Positions 51,201 to 64,000 of a DNA stretch of 64,000 nucleotides are shown piece after piece; position 1 is the first letter of the stretch, and every line of letters begins with the position of its first letter. The notes beneath the pieces are model-generated. The model was not told the DNA's origin and ran no database searches. It saw only the letters and a program-made list of their open reading frames with translations. Made by a program: the position numbers and the translations under genes. The stretch is from Hyaloraphidium curvatum SAG 235-1. Lineage: Eukaryota; Fungi; Monoblepharomycota. The stretch is from positions 186,001 through 250,000 of the forward strand of contig JAIVFI010000031.1 of the NCBI GenBank assembly GCA_025558095.1, in the 5' to 3' direction.

Positions 51201-54200
51201 TGGACGTTTGACAAGCCGCGCGACTTCACGCAGCGGCTGGCCGAGGCCACGATCAAGGATCCGGACAAGTACCAGCTCGGCCTGACGAAGATCTTCTTCC
51301 GCACCGGCATGCTCGCTTACTTCGGTGGGACGCCCTGGCGGCTGGCCTCTGTCCATTGTTCTAACGTGTCTGCGTCCTGCAGAGAAACTTCGTACTGACA
51401 GGCTCAGAGCTTGCGTCATCCTAATCCAGAAGAACATGCGCCGGCAGATCGCGCGCAAGAAGTATCAAGAACTGCGGAAGGCGGCTATCACCCTCCAAGC
51501 CGGTTCGTCTTAAGCGCAGTCGCTCTTCCTATGGTCCTTATGTTCTCCGTGCCTTCCAGCAACGAGGGCGCTTCTGGCGCGGAAGCTTTACCGCTACCTG
51601 CGGGACACACGGTCCGCCATCAGGGTCCAGCGCACTTGGCGCGGATATGTTCAGAAGAAGCGCTACGAGCGCGTTCGGAAGGCCATCGTCAAGATCCAGG
51701 CTGGTGGGGCTCGCGCTAGTCGACGTCTCCGATCCGATCGCTGATCCGTTCTGTGAAGTGGTCCGCGGTTACTTCGCCTGGAGGCGCGTGTTTGGCCTTC
51801 GCCAGGAAAAGGCTGCCACGGACATCCAGAGGGTGTTCCGTGGCTACCAAGTCCGCAAGGAGCGCATCAAGAAGATCCGCAAGATCGTCCTCATTCAGTC
51901 GCTTTGGCGGCGTATCCTCGCGAGACGGGAGCTCACGAAGCTCCGGATCGAAGCCAAGTCCCTCAACAAGCTCATGGAAGTCAAGTACCAGCTCGAGAAC
52001 AAGGTCTTCGAGCTGTCGCAGAAGCTCGTCGACCGCGACAGCGAGCGTGGCCAGCTCATCGACCGCGCCAGCCACTTCGAGGCGCTGGCAGCCACTTGGA
52101 AGGACAAGTTCGAACGTGCGGATTCCAAGGTTCGTGGTTGCGTGCGTACCCCCGTTCTTTCGTCGAATGACGCGTTCTTTGCAGATCAAGGAGCTTCTGG
52201 AACCCGCGGTCCAGGCCAAGAAAGACCTGGCGGACAGGGACAAGCTGCTGAGCGAGAAGGAGAAGGAGATGGTGACGGTCGACGAGGCGCGGAAGCAGCT
52301 CCTACGGCAGAATTCCGAGCTGTCCACTTCGATGAAGGCTCAGGAAGTTCGCTTGCTGGAGATGGAGGCCATAATCAAGCGCCAAGCGGAGGCGTACAAG
52401 ACGCTGCAGCAGGACCTGGAGATTCAGAAGGAGGAGATCACTCGCGCGAGGGAGGAAGCTGCCAAGGCTCGGGAAGACTTTATCAAGCAGAAGGAGCTCT
52501 CCGAGAAGCTGCGCAAGGAGATCGCCAAGCAGCCCCCACCGATCTCGCCGGACGAGATCGAGGAGCTGGAGGAAGAACTGGCACGCAGCCGCAAGGAAGT
52601 TGCCAAGCTGCGCCAGCAGCTCTCGGCGACGGGGAGGACCCAGGAGCTCGAACAGCTCAGGGCCGAGAACAAGCGCCTTACGGCTCTCATTGCCCGCCAG
52701 AAACTCGGCCAGTACGCCAACGGCCCCTCGCAGCAGGGCGACGAGAGCGCGTACGATGTGCCTCCCGATGCGCGCAACATGCGCAACGGCAGCAACGTAC
52801 GGATCCTGCCGCAATCACCCCAAGCCGTTGTTTCGGCCGCAGCTCGGAATGCGGCGGACGACGTCGATGTGGACGATTACGACAGCGAGGACGCGGACGA
52901 TTACTCCCGGGGGATGTCGGACGACGAGGTAGGAGAGGGTTGCTCGATGCCGGGCACGTCCTCATTGCGCTCTCCGAAGGCCACGCGTATCCTCGAGGAC
53001 GATCACCTCATTGAGGAGATTGTCGACAAGCTGGTGCGCAACCTCGCGATTCCAGCGCCGAACGGGGAGTTGGATCTGCAACGCCGCGAGGTTTTCTTCT
53101 CGTCGCACCTCATCGGTATGTGGCCGTCTGCCTAACTTTCCGCACGGTGCTTGATGTTGTTCGCTCGTGCAGGCGTGGTGGCAGAGACTATGCTCAAGCA
53201 CGGCCTTGTGGCAAGGATGCAAGCTCTCATGACCAATGTCATGCGGGCTATTCTTTCGGTGACCGTGGTATGTGCATTCATCAGTTTCCGCCCTATGCAC
53301 CTTCCTGAGAGAGCATTCGGCAGAAATCCAACTCGGACGATTACATCAGCTGCTTCTGGCTGAGCAACACGTACGAGCTGTGGTCGATCATGGTGCACTT
53401 GCGGGATGTCGACGAAAAGCGGCGACACAAGCGGCAGGCACACGGGCGGCGCATGTCCGAGGGAAGCGAGTCCGAGAGCGCCCTGATCAAGATTGTCAAC
53501 GATCTGAACTACCTGATCGTGGACATCTTCCGCGGCTGGATGGAGTCGATGAAGGCAAGGTCCACCGATCGCGCTTCATGCCCGTCGCTGACCCGCCCTC
53601 GCAGAAACGGCTGAACCCCATGGTCGTCTCGGCTGTCATCCTTCACGAGGGTTCGTTGGGAGTCACCGCAGACGCTCTCGCATGGTGTGACTGACTCTCC
53701 TCCAGAGCTTCCCAATTTCAAGAGCTCCAAGTCCAGCAAGCAGAAAGCCGGCTGGTTCTCTTCCTTCAACAGTCCAAAGTCCTCGCCGGGGACTGAAGAG
53801 TGCACGATCGAAGATCTCCTTCAGTTCATTTCCAAGATCGACAAGGGGCTTCGGAGCTACTACGTCGAGCCAAGTGGGTTATCACATGGCTTTTCAAGGC
53901 TTTGCTCACACCCTACCGCAGCCATGAGCCGGCAGATCGTTGTGGAATTGATTCGGCTCATTGGGTATTCGAGCACGAACGAGCTGCTGATGAGAAAGGT
54001 GCGCGCCAATGGCCAGACATCGAGCGCTTCTGATGTGTTGTAATCTGCAGAACTTCGCCACATGGAAGCGCGGGATGCAGATCCAGTACAACGGGACCAA
54101 GCTGCAGGAGTGGATCGTCGAGCACGAGGTCCCGGAAGCGACAGTACACCTGGAGCCGCTGATGCAGGCGACTAAGCTTTTGCAGCTGAACAAGTCCAGC

Positions 54201-54488
54201 GCGCAGGACCTCGACACTATATTCGAGGTCTGTTTCCTCCTCAACGCCTACCAAATTCGGCGGTTGCTGTCTCTGTACCACGCGACGGACTTCGACACGC
54301 CCGTGTCCACGGAGCTGCTGAAGGCGGTCGCGAAGCGAACGGGCAACGACTCGGAGGAGGCCGTCCTCCTGAACACTTCGGCGTTTGAGTTTTCCAAGCC
54401 CATGCCGCGGGCGGTAGAGGTGCTGGAGGCGTGGTTCCCGGCATGGCTGCACGTGCCGCGCGTGGTGCAGGTGCTAGAATCCCAGTGA
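48258..54488 (+). CDS. MYO2: Class V myosin (motor, IQ repeats, coiled coil, DIL cargo domain)
   Basis: [47 protein letters not shown], several IQ motifs, [10 protein letters not shown] and [10 protein letters not shown]...[14 protein letters not shown]. Confidence 0.96.
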
Positions 54489-54598
54489 GATTCGAGGGCT
54501 GGGCATGGTGCTGACGGTATTTGCAAAGACGTAGAGCTCTGGCGGATGGCCCGCATCTGTATTCAATTTCGAATTGATTTACTGCACAGACCGTGAGC

Positions 54599-55441
54599 TC
54601 AGCTTCGCCCTTCCACCGTCTCCTCGACCATTGCAGGAGGTGAGTCCTTCTCAACAGGTCGCTCAGCCGCTTCCTGACTTTCTGGCACGTCCGCCCCGTC
54701 GCCCGCCGGGGAAACCGGGGCTTCGGGAGCCGCCGCGGGTTCTGCCGCGCCCGCTTCGGCCTCCGAAGACGCCTTGACGATCGTAGGCTCCGCCTCCCGA
54801 GACCCTTGCTGCGGGATCAGATTGAAAGTGGACGACAGCCAACCGAAAGCATTCGAACCGATCGACTCGACGGCGTCAAGGCCTTTGCCGACGTAGCTTT
54901 CGGCAACGTTCATCGCCTGGTCCGAAACCTTCTCGATGGCGGCCATTGCACCTTCCGAGGCGGCAGATAGCGTTGAAATGCCATCCACGATGACTTTTGG
55001 GAGCTCAAGTCCTTCCTCGGTCTTTGCCGGTCCGCCACTGCGCGCTTTCGCCTTCGCTTTGCGGGCCTTGTCCCTCTCATACTCGGGATCCAGAGCAGTG
55101 TAGACGTCGTCCGCTAGGGCTGACGTCGCCGATGCTACCGACGTTGTAACGGCGGCCGTGGCAGAGCTCATCCAACCCCAGAGCGTTGACCCAATGTTCT
55201 CAATGGAGGCCTCTGAGGTTGCCGGGGCCCCATGCAATTGCGTCGTCGACTCCACAGGCGGTGGAGGAGTCCCGCTCGCTTTGCTTGCAACCTCGGCGGG
55301 TTGCTGTTCTTTCCTTTGCGCCGGCGGCGCGGTATTCTCCGAAGGCATTGCCGCGTCGTTGGGAGCAGAAGCTGACGCGGCTTCAGAGGACGTAGGTGCC
55401 GCTGCCGCCTTCACGGCAGGCATGGAGCTGTCGGATTCCAT
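54599..55441 (-). CDS. Hypothetical low-complexity, acidic protein (single exon, 280 aa)
   Basis: Long ATG-initiated ORF that fills the intergenic gap; LWGW and FGWL motifs. No family recognised. Confidence 0.65.
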   Translation of the reverse strand: MESDSSMPAVKAAAAPTSSEAASASAPNDAAMPSENTAPPAQRKEQQPAEVASKASGTPPPPVESTTQLHGAPATSEASIENIGSTLWGWMSSATAAVTTSVASATSALADDVYTALDPEYERDKARKAKAKARSGGPAKTEEGLELPKVIVDGISTLSAASEGAMAAIEKVSDQAMNVAESYVGKGLDAVESIGSNAFGWLSSTFNLIPQQGSREAEPTIVKASSEAEAGAAEPAAAPEAPVSPAGDGADVPESQEAAERPVEKDSPPAMVEETVEGRS

Positions 55442-55565
55442 TCTCTATGGGCGCGGATCCCAGACGGGGCGCTGGATCCCAGACGGGGCGCTGGCAGGTA
55501 GCAGGTAGGGGGGACGATCGGGACGCCTGATCAGATTCCACACAGTCACGCGATTCCCAGAATCG

Positions 55566-57157
55566 CTACAGGAACGACCTCAAGATGTTGGCGCGGACCG
55601 AAATATCATCCGCCTTGGCACCATCCGTAGACCCGGCCTTGATCAGCTTCTCCAGCCTTGAACGTTGCGTGAGCGCGGGGAAGGGACCAGCCTCGGCAGC
55701 CTTACCTGGCAAGCTCAGTTGCCGCGTGGCCGGTCTTTCCGGACGCGATCTTCTCCATGACTTTGACGTAGCTGCGGGGGCTGTTGGCAACGGCAGGCAG
55801 AAGCGTCCAGCAAGGGCACGTACTATTGGGCTCCCTTGGATCCCAGGTCCGACGCCACCTTCTTGGCCTTCTCCACAAGCTCAGCGTACGCAGATTCCGA
55901 AGCCGACTTGAGCTCCTGTGCAATCTCGTCGAGCTCGGAGATCTTGCCGGCCTGCCCGAGGCTTCAGCGTGGATCGCGAGCACCCAACCAACGCACGCCC
56001 ACCGTCTCGGCCAATCCCCCTCCGACGGTCCGGTGGGTGCCGCACTTTTCGTTCAGGAACTTGATAAAGTCCTCCTCCGAGCGCCCGCCTTTGAATTCGT
56101 CAGCACCGCCTCGCGCGTCTGGCGAAGTACCACTCGAACCTTCGTAGCTCACGGGTTCCTTAGCCCCGCCAGCCGGGAAGAACTTGATCGTAGGGTAGCC
56201 CTGAATGCCGTACTTCTCGGCGACCGAAGTGGCCGCGGTGGCATCCAGGTTGGCGACCACGCAGTTCGCCTCCCGCGCGAAGTCCTTGGCCACCTTTTCG
56301 TAGGTAGGCGCGAGCGCTGAAGGGATGGCACGTTAAGCACCCTGGGCAGAGGAATCGAGTTGCATTACACACATTTCTGGAGCCCGATTCCACGTTGGAG
56401 TTGGAGACAAAGGAAGATCAGGTCCGACGCGCAGCTAGAGGCTCGAGACCACCCACGCAGTGGCCGCACCACGGGGCGTAGAATTCAACGAGCACACCCT
56501 TGTCGTTGTCCATCACCACAGAGTCAAAGTTGGCGCTGTCCAGAACCGTGACTTCCGAGACGACCTTCTTCACGCGGGCCTGGATGCCGGTCTTTTCCGA
56601 AATGAAGGCCGTAAAGTCCTTGAGGTCCCGCCCCCCACTGTAGTCCTCGGGCTGCGTAGAGCCCTTCGGGAACCACTTCAGCGTCGGGAACCCAGAGACC
56701 CCGAACTTCTGGCCGATATCGCGGTGAGCATCCGCGTCGATCTTCGCGATGACGATATCCTTGGCATGGTTGTATGCCTCTCCAAGCTGCTCATAGGTAG
56801 GCGCGAGGTTCTTGCAATGTCCACACCATCTGGCGTCCCGGGCGTGTCATGACGATGAATGCTGGGCGACAGAGCCAAGGGTCCCGGGACTTACGGGGCA
56901 TCTGCGAAGCGGGGACGTGTCAGCGGGCGCAAGCAACTCGCGGCAATAAAATCACGCACAGAATTCCACGAGCGCGGGCTTAGACCCGTCGATGATCTGT
57001 TGGCGAGCGGGGCAGGCTTCAGGGCGGAGGGACGCCGCGACGCGTGCGGCCTCACGGCGTCGAAGTTCTCCGGCGTGAGGTCCACGACGGCGGCCGAAGC
57101 GCTCGCAATGAGCGCCGCGAGCAGCGCGGCGACGAACGCGGCAGCGAGGCGGGCCAT
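55566..57157 (-). CDS. Protein disulfide isomerase, ERp38/TigA type (two thioredoxin domains plus ERp29-like C-terminus)
   Basis: Signal peptide MARLAAAFVAALLAALIASASA, two WCGHCK sites, GVSGFPTLKWF, GIQGYPTIKFF and C-terminal DDISVRANILRSF. Confidence 0.93.
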
Positions 57158-57229
57158 TGTTTCGGTCGTCACTTTGCCACGTCTGAGGGAGTTGAACCTT
57201 AACCGTGCAGAACTGCACCCGGCGTCCCC

Positions 57230-59458
57230 ATGCCCCCGCCGGGACCCGCGGGGCCTCCTGCGTGCCAGATATGCCTGTCAGGCATGCATGAGCCGTGTCG
57301 CACGCCCTGCGGCCACGATTTCTGGTTCGGCGGAGCCCGCGCGCCCGCCGCACCGTTCTCACCGATCGCCCCTCCTCAGCTACGGCTGCGTCGCCCGGCA
57401 CCTCCAATCCTCGCGCGCGTGTCCCGTGTGCCAACAAGGTCTCGATCTCTCCCAGGTCGAGCCCATTCACGTACCGGGGCCCGCCGTTTCCGCTTCCCAG
57501 CCGCGCCTAATGGAGCTGCAGCGGGTTCTGACCGAGGACGGAGCCCGCCTGACGACCAAGGACATCGATTCCCTCATGAGCGTGCTGCTGTCGAAAAAGA
57601 GGAGCCTCGAAGCACCGCAACGGAAAGAGACGTTTGAGCTGCTGGAGCACTTTCTGACTGCGACGCGCTCGTCGAAGGAGGCCCAGCTCAAGAGGCTCCA
57701 GAGCGAGCTCGATGTTGTCCGCTCCGACATTCGCACCGTGCGGACGGAGCTGCGCGCGATGGACTCCAGCCGGGCCGACGAGGACTACGGTCCGCCACGG
57801 GCCGACGATGAAGGCGCTGGCAGCGGGGACGAGGACCTCGGGAGCATCGGATCTGTTCCGGTCGCGCGGGCCAGGAAAAGGCCCCGCACTGCCGATGGTG
57901 AGGATGTGCTGGACATGGGTGGGGGCCCGTCGACGACGGGTGCACCGGACGTTGCGGGCAGGGAGGGCTTGCGAGCCGAGCAGGTTTCCCGCATCGAACT
58001 CCATCAGAAGGATCTCGAGGAAGGCTACTTCGGATTGCGGGTGAAGGATGGAGGGGGGACCGGCGGCCGTGTCGCAGATCTCGAGGACTTTGGCTCGGAG
58101 CTGCAGAAGGTCACCGCGAAGCACAGTCTGAGGACAATCGCCAATCTCTTCTATGGGGACACTCTGTCGAGCAACCAGAACTCGATCGTATCCTCGATAT
58201 GCTTCGACAAGGACGATGAGTTCTTTGCGACCGCGGGGGTGACGAAGCGCATCAAGATCTTCGAGTTTGCGAGCATAGCAGCGGGTGGGTGGCGGGCCGC
58301 CTCGGTGAGAGCCCGCAAGTCTCACCTCCATTAAGGTGACGGCCCAAACACCGATATTGCGGAACCGCGCGTGCCTCGCGCACGCAGCGTGCTGCGCCGC
58401 ATGGCCACCAATGCCCCGCCGGACGACGACAACGCCGATGAAGCCGACGATGCCGCGGACGATATACCCACATACCCTGTCCGCGAAATGACGTGCCGCA
58501 GCAAGATCAGTTGCCTCTCGTGGAACTCGTTCTTCAAGTCGCAGATTGCCTCGGCCGACTACGAGGGGACGGTTACGCTCTGGGACAGCAGCACCGGGTT
58601 GCCCACTCTGCACTTTGACGAGCACGAGAAGAGGGCATGGAGTGTGGACTTTTGTCGCAAAGATCCGAAGGTTTTGGCGAGCGGCAGCGACGACTCGAAA
58701 GGTGACTCTCTAGCGTGCAATGCAGAGACGGCCGCCGACGCTCCGTTCTCAGTCAAGATCTGGACGACGAACGACAAGCGTTCCGTGTGCACTATCGAAA
58801 GCAAGGCCAACGTTTGCTCCGTGAAGTTCAACCCCGAGAGGCCGGAGTACCTTGCCTTTGGTTCCGCGGGTTCGTGTGTGGGAAGCCACGTCCTTCCAGG
58901 CTGACTCTCGGACCCGCAGATCACTCGGTTCATCTGTACGACATCCGAAAGAGCGATGCACCGCTGCACAGATTCGAGGGGCACAAGAAAGCCGTGTCCT
59001 ACGTTTCGTTCCGCAGCGAGGACCAGATGGTCACGGCCTCGACCGACGGGACGCTGAAGCTGTGGAGCGTCGAGACTTCGATACGCGAGGGGAAGTCCAA
59101 GGTGGTCAGGACCTTCACCGGGCACTCGAACGAGCGGAACTTTGTCGGCCTGAGCGTCAGCGCGGACTCGGAGCTGATCGCCTGCGGTGCGTGGCGCGAT
59201 CCGCCCTGCGCACTCCGCCGCTAACCGTGTGCGACGGCAGGATCGGAAACGAATGCCGTCTACGTCTACCACCACAAGGTCCAGAGCCCCATTCTCGTAC
59301 ACAGGTTCGGGGCTTCCAAGAGCGTTTTGACTGGAGAGCCGGCGCCCGAGGACGTGCAGTTCGTTTCGAGCGTGTGCTGGACGCGGAGGTCCCCCAACTT
59401 CCTCGTCTCGGGCAATTCGCTGGGGCGAATGAAGATCAGCCGTTGGCACGATGAGTGA
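57230..59458 (+). CDS. COP1: COP1/RFWD2-like E3 ubiquitin ligase (RING, coiled coil, WD40)
   Basis: CQIC...TPCGHDF|CYGC...[42 protein letters not shown]...[46 protein letters not shown]. Confidence 0.93.
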
Positions 59459-59503
59459 CTGTGTGCACGCTCACGGTCGAGGCCGGGTTGCAATGGGCTG
59501 GTG

Positions 59504-60729
59504 ATGGGGTGGAACGATTCCCACGCGACCACGCGAGACATCCTGTACCCCTCAATGCTCAACGCGACGGTTGCCAGCGCCCCGCTGGCGGGCGGCGCGG
59601 TGCCGTTGACGTACCTGGAGGAGAAATGGATGTCCATGTTCGAGGGACGGAACCAATGGGTCGTCCTGACCGTGTTCCTGTTCGTCATGCACGAGTCGGT
59701 CTACTTCCTGGCCGCACTTCCGTACATGATCAGCGACTGCTTCACGGCGATGCACCGGTTCAAGATTCAGCAGGTCGGTGGCAGCTCGGTCGCGATGCGC
59801 CGGCTGGAGCTCACGGCTAGCGCCGGGACCAGAACCGCGAGAACGACTCGAACCTCCTGTGGAAGTGCCTGAAGCGCATTCTGTTCAACCATTTCTTTAT
59901 CCAACTGCCGATGATGATCTTTTTCCATCCCATGGCGGAGATGCTGGGCATGGAGATCTTTGCGCCGTTCCCGACATGGTGGGTAGGCGACGGACATTGG
60001 GCTGGAGCTCAGTTTCGGGCCGGAACGGACACCGTTCCGGTTTTTGGTGGATGGCCTAGGGCTGCGTCGGGCCGGCAATGTGGCCGTGGGGCGTTTGGTG
60101 TGGTTCAGGACACTGAGCAACCTGCTCGCCAGGTCCACCATGGCATACCAAGTCGCGATCTTCATGGTTTTTGAGGACTTTTACCACTACTGGGCGCACC
60201 GAGCGCTGCACAATGGCATTTGGTACCAGAAGATTCACAAGGTACGCGGAACCGCGGCCGCCTCGCGGCCTGAGCCTTATCGATCCGCCGCGCAGATCCA
60301 CCACGACTTCACATCGCCCTTCGCCATCACCGCCGAGTACGCCCACCCATTGGAGACTCTGATCCTGGGCTTCGGCACGACCGGGGGCCCCATCATCTGG
60401 GTCGGGCTGACGGGCAACCTGCACATCATCACCCTTCTCACTTGGGTCTCGGTCAAGATTCTCCAGGCCCTGGAGTCCCACTGCGGCTATGACTACCCGT
60501 GGTCGCTGCGGCGATGGCTGCCGTTCTGGGCAGGAGCCGACCACCACGACTACCAGTTGGTGATTTCCGGCTTGACTGCGTGGCGATGCTGACTTTGTAC
60601 CGCAGCCACATGGCCTTCGTGGGCAACTTCGGTAGCCAGTTCCGCTGGTGGGATGCCATATTCGGTACCGATTCTGGATACCGGAAATGGAAGGAGCAGC
60701 AAGCATCCGCAAAGGCCAAGAGCTTGTGA
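59504..60729 (+). CDS. ERG25: C-4 methylsterol oxidase
   Basis: His boxes HYWAHRALH, IHK|IHH and HHDYHH, plus AEYAHPLE and SHCGYDYPWSL. Start is 59504 or 59555. Confidence 0.95.
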
Positions 60730-60789
60730 CCTGGCCCAACCTCTGTCTCACGATACCACCATCTAGAGCCGCTATAGAGTAGTTCCACC

Positions 60790-61592
60790 TCATTCGCCCG
60801 CCGCGTCCCGGGCCTGTCCCTCGCTTGCGCGCTTTGGGGCTGCCTTCCCTTCGGAGGCAACACTGTGTTCATCCGCCGAATGGCCCGAATCCGACGATGA
60901 ATCTTCTTCGCCGTTGGCACTGCTGTCCGAGCTATCCGTTTGGCTTAGAACTTCGATCCCCCGTCTTCGGCCTGCCGTGGTCGCCGCCGGCACCGAATTG
61001 TCCAGAGAAGAAGTGTCCGTGCCTTCGTCGTCGTACTCGCCTTCACTGTCTTCGTTGTCTTCCAGAGTCTCAACAGTCCCATCGGCTGGAAGAACGTGGG
61101 AAGGAGCAGCCAGTACCCTTTCTGCGCCTGGCACAACGTCGTAGAGTCCCACTCCCAGGCGCTGCGACGCTGTTTCAGGCGCCCTCGTGGGCAGTTGGCA
61201 CTCAGCAGCGCTCACCATTTCGATGACCGGACCAGCATCCCCGGAAAGCTCCTCCATGTTGTGCTTCGCTGCGGCGTGCGGATCCTTCTCCACGGCCTCC
61301 TTCAGCTCCTTGTTCGCGGAGGCAATCTGGGGCAGGAAAGCCGCCACACGGGAGAGAACTGGATGCAAGAAAGCTATGATGTCACTCGCTGATCGTCGCA
61401 AGACGATGCCGCGGACGCACGTGCGGTTGGTGGCGGTAGTCTCTCTGTCCCCGGGCCCGACGGCCGGAGGAGCGCGACTACAGCATCGTGGGGGTCAGAG
61501 ACCCCGTCTGGGTCACACGGCATTCTTGTACTTATGCGCTGCTCCTTGGTCGTCGCCGGTTCCAGGGATTCGCGCTCCCGGGATTCGGACAT
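60790..61592 (-). CDS. NOPCHAP1/DUF4598-like protein
   Basis: VLSRVAAFLPQIASANKEL...VIEM|RLGVGLYDV followed by an acidic tail. Confidence 0.7.
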
Positions 61593-61639
61593 GGTTGTGT
61601 TGTTTGTTCTGGCGTCGGGAACCGTGCGTCTCTCGTGAA

Positions 61640-62772
61640 TCATCTCTTTGGATACAGGTAACGGAAGGCGAGCGACTGCAGCAGGCTGTACGAGCTTGAC
61701 GTCAGCCAAAACATGCACAAGGCCTGACGAAGGGGACGTCAGCGCAAGCAGCACGAGCGATGGCAGCGACGCACCACGGGTATCTGGGTCGCGATCGGGA
61801 CGCTGGCGACAGCAAACACGCGGAATGCATTGATGATCATCCTCTGCCGGCGCGTGACCATGTTTCCTGCAAACATCTGTCAACGAAGGCGGTGAGTGGC
61901 TACGTGCCTGGGGAAGACCACGCACGTTCGCACCTCAACGTTGATGAGATGCGTCGCTCCAATAAGCAGCGGAAACATCCACGTCGGATCCGGGAGATGG
62001 ATGTCTGTCCACACTGAAAAACCCCCATAGATGAAGCCGGGATTGCACCTGTCCGGGGTTTCCAGGAACGGCAGCGGGAACGCAGACATGTATCGCAGGG
62101 TGAGCGACATTGTCAGGAAGAAGGGGAGCTGCACCCATGGCAGCAGAAAGGTCCGCCGGGGATGACAATCGTACGTCCGGTACAGTTCCTCGACCTTGTC
62201 CCTCATCTGCGACATCCAATTAGGTGCCAGTAACTGTTGAGCCGTTCCCGCCTCACCAGCTGCCCAACGCGCTTCTCTGGTTGGGCCGATCCTCTAGCGC
62301 CCGCTGCCATGGACTCCATGTCTACTTGCCGCCGGAAAGTCTGCTCCCAAGAGAGGATCACGGGTCGGAGGTTGCGGAGCCTTTGCTGACGGGTGCGCTG
62401 CACCACCGCGATCGGAAGAGTAAGGAAAGTCCTCAAAGCCACTGTCACCACGACGATTGTGGCCCAGTACGGCAGTCCAGCGGCGTGAATAGTTTCCAGA
62501 AGAGCCTGCGTGGCGATGAGGGGGTGAAAGGACGCCAGGGCCGGCGTGGTCGACATGTGGCGTCGTGTTGACGGCAGGATCGGTCGGCGACGAAACGGTC
62601 CCGGTACTGAGCTCATGGAAGTCCCAAAGGTCCGCTCCGATAGCTTCCGAGGCCATGCAGGGGTTCCGGAGCTAGGAATCGGAGCAACTGTCCAGCTGCT
62701 CATGGCGCTTCTCCGCATCAGTGCATGTCCTCGCAAAACGGAGCCCCTCCAAAGACGACAAGAAAGAAGCAT
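61640..62772 (-). CDS. COX18: Cox18 (Oxa1/YidC family insertase)
   Basis: Presequence, IHAAGLPYWATIVVVTVALRTFLTLP, CHPRRTFLLPWVQLPFF, PDPTWMFP and LCMFWLTSSSYSLLQ. Confidence 0.88.
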
Positions 62773-62936
62773 TGTTGGCTGCGCAGAACGCGCGCTGTCC
62801 GCAGAGGGCAAGCTCTATGCAGCTTCGCGTGGTCGGTCTTCGAACACGGTCTGGCGCGGCGACCAATCAACGCTTGCCACGCGCCCATCCCCAACCCACG
62901 GTCTCCGCGCGGCAATCATCCGCGCTCAGAGTGGCA

Positions 62937-63972
62937 ATGGGTTCGGCGACGCGACGGACGCGTTTCGCGTCACGCTTCGCGTCCGCCCTGCTTCTGGTTG
63001 CGGTCCTTGCTCTTTCGCTAGGACCCGCCCGCGCGCTCCACTTCTACCTGGAGGGCTCGGAGGAGAAGTGCTTTATTGAGGAGCTTCCGAAGGACACGCA
63101 CGTCGTCGGTTCGTGGCGGCGGGTCTGGCCTGGTCGACGGGAACCTGAGCCTCGGTGTCTTGGATAGGAACGTACCGAACGGAGGAGTTCAATGAGAACA
63201 TCCAGAAGTACGGCGTGAATCCTTCAGTGGCCGTGCAGATCACCGTGGAGGTTGGTCCTCATGGCCGAACAGAGACTCGGCTCCCGCTCAAAGGGCCCGC
63301 AGGAACTGCCGGATCGCCATCGAGTGCTGAACCAGAAGGGTGCAGCGCAAGGCAAATTCACCTTCACTTCCGCAGACGCGGGGGACCATGCGATATGCCT
63401 CTCGACCAGTGCTTCCAGCGGCTGGTTCACACGCTCCAAAATCGTGGGTCGATAGCTGAATTGGCGCGTTCGGCTTCCTAACCACTGCGAATCGGCTAGA
63501 GATTCCACCTGGAGCTTTCGATTGGCGATTCCCCGGCAGAATCAAGCGGGAACCAGGCAAAGGAGCTGCTTGGAGGTTAGTTATCTTGAACCGAATGGGG
63601 GTCCCGTATCAACTTCTATTGCCTCCACCAGACCTGGCGATGAAAGTCAGGGAGCTGAACAGCAGGGTTCAAAACATCCGTCGCGAGCAGCAATACCAGC
63701 GCGAGCGGGAGGCGGAGTTCCGCGACACATCTGAGCTGACAAACTCTCGGGTCATCTACTGGACCATCGCTCAGCTTCTTGTGTTGGGCATCACGGCCTA
63801 CTGGCAGCTCTCGTGAGTCTCTGTGGGCATGTGTTTTGCGATCTGCCGCTCACGTGGACGGACCATCTCCCCAGGCACCTCCAAAAGTTCTTCATTTCGA
63901 AGAAGGTTCGTGGACTCGAGCGGAACGGAGCGTGGTCAACTAATGCAAAGTCCCCACGTTTAGATCGTTTGA
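62937..63972 (+). CDS. p24 (emp24/gp25L, GOLD domain) cargo receptor, alpha/Erp1-like
   Basis: Signal peptide, ALHFYLEGSEEKCFIEELP, GKFTFTSADAGDHAICL, IRREQQYQREREAEFRDTSELTNSRV, transmembrane helix and FFISKK|IV*. Confidence 0.93.
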
Positions 63973-64000
63973 GGCATCCATGTAGTGCCCGTTCGCTGCA

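Noticed and set aside
55455-55494. 19-bp direct repeat GGATCCCAGACGGGGCGCT x2 upstream of the hypothetical gene
   Set aside because: A single local duplication with no further evidence of function.
56440-56830. PDI as a possible selenoprotein
   Set aside because: Both active sites are ordinary CGHC with Cys codons. No selenoprotein gene was recognised in this window.
56859-57230. N-terminal extension of the 491-aa ORF overlapping PDI
   Set aside because: This is antisense open frame over PDI exons; COP1 starts at 57230 and enters this frame after an intron.

Overview
Eukaryotic, GC-rich and very gene-dense DNA with many ~50-60 nt spliceosomal introns, so the ORF track is fragmented. The gene set (ERG25, ORM, class V myosin, fungal-type TFIIIA, plus COP1 and SBP2) suggests an early-diverging, chytrid-grade fungus; this is inference. 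About 20 housekeeping genes flank a ~22.6 kb gene-free nest of retroelements (~13.7-36.3 kb). The nest can be reconstructed from target-site duplications (TSDs). An APE/RT LINE was invaded by a 1.3 kb non-coding element carrying the LINE 3' tail and by a young Ty1/copia element; a second copy of that copia then inserted into the first in antisense, and the segment was inverted. A gag-only relic of a second copia family follows. Main findings: (1) The copia gag and pol are separated by a repeat-filled spacer with splice signals; removing it (20065-20651) joins gag in frame to the pol frame, leaving a single UGA-CUA plus hairpin. This suggests pol expression needs splicing and then stop readthrough, and the second family shows the same repeat-filled intron layout. 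(2) The copia has a half-tRNA-Lys(CUU) primer site and TG...GA LTR ends. (3) A SECIS-binding protein 2 (selenocysteine machinery, rare in fungi) is fused to C-terminal ankyrin repeats. Exon boundaries were read manually and multi-exon genes are given as start-to-stop spans.
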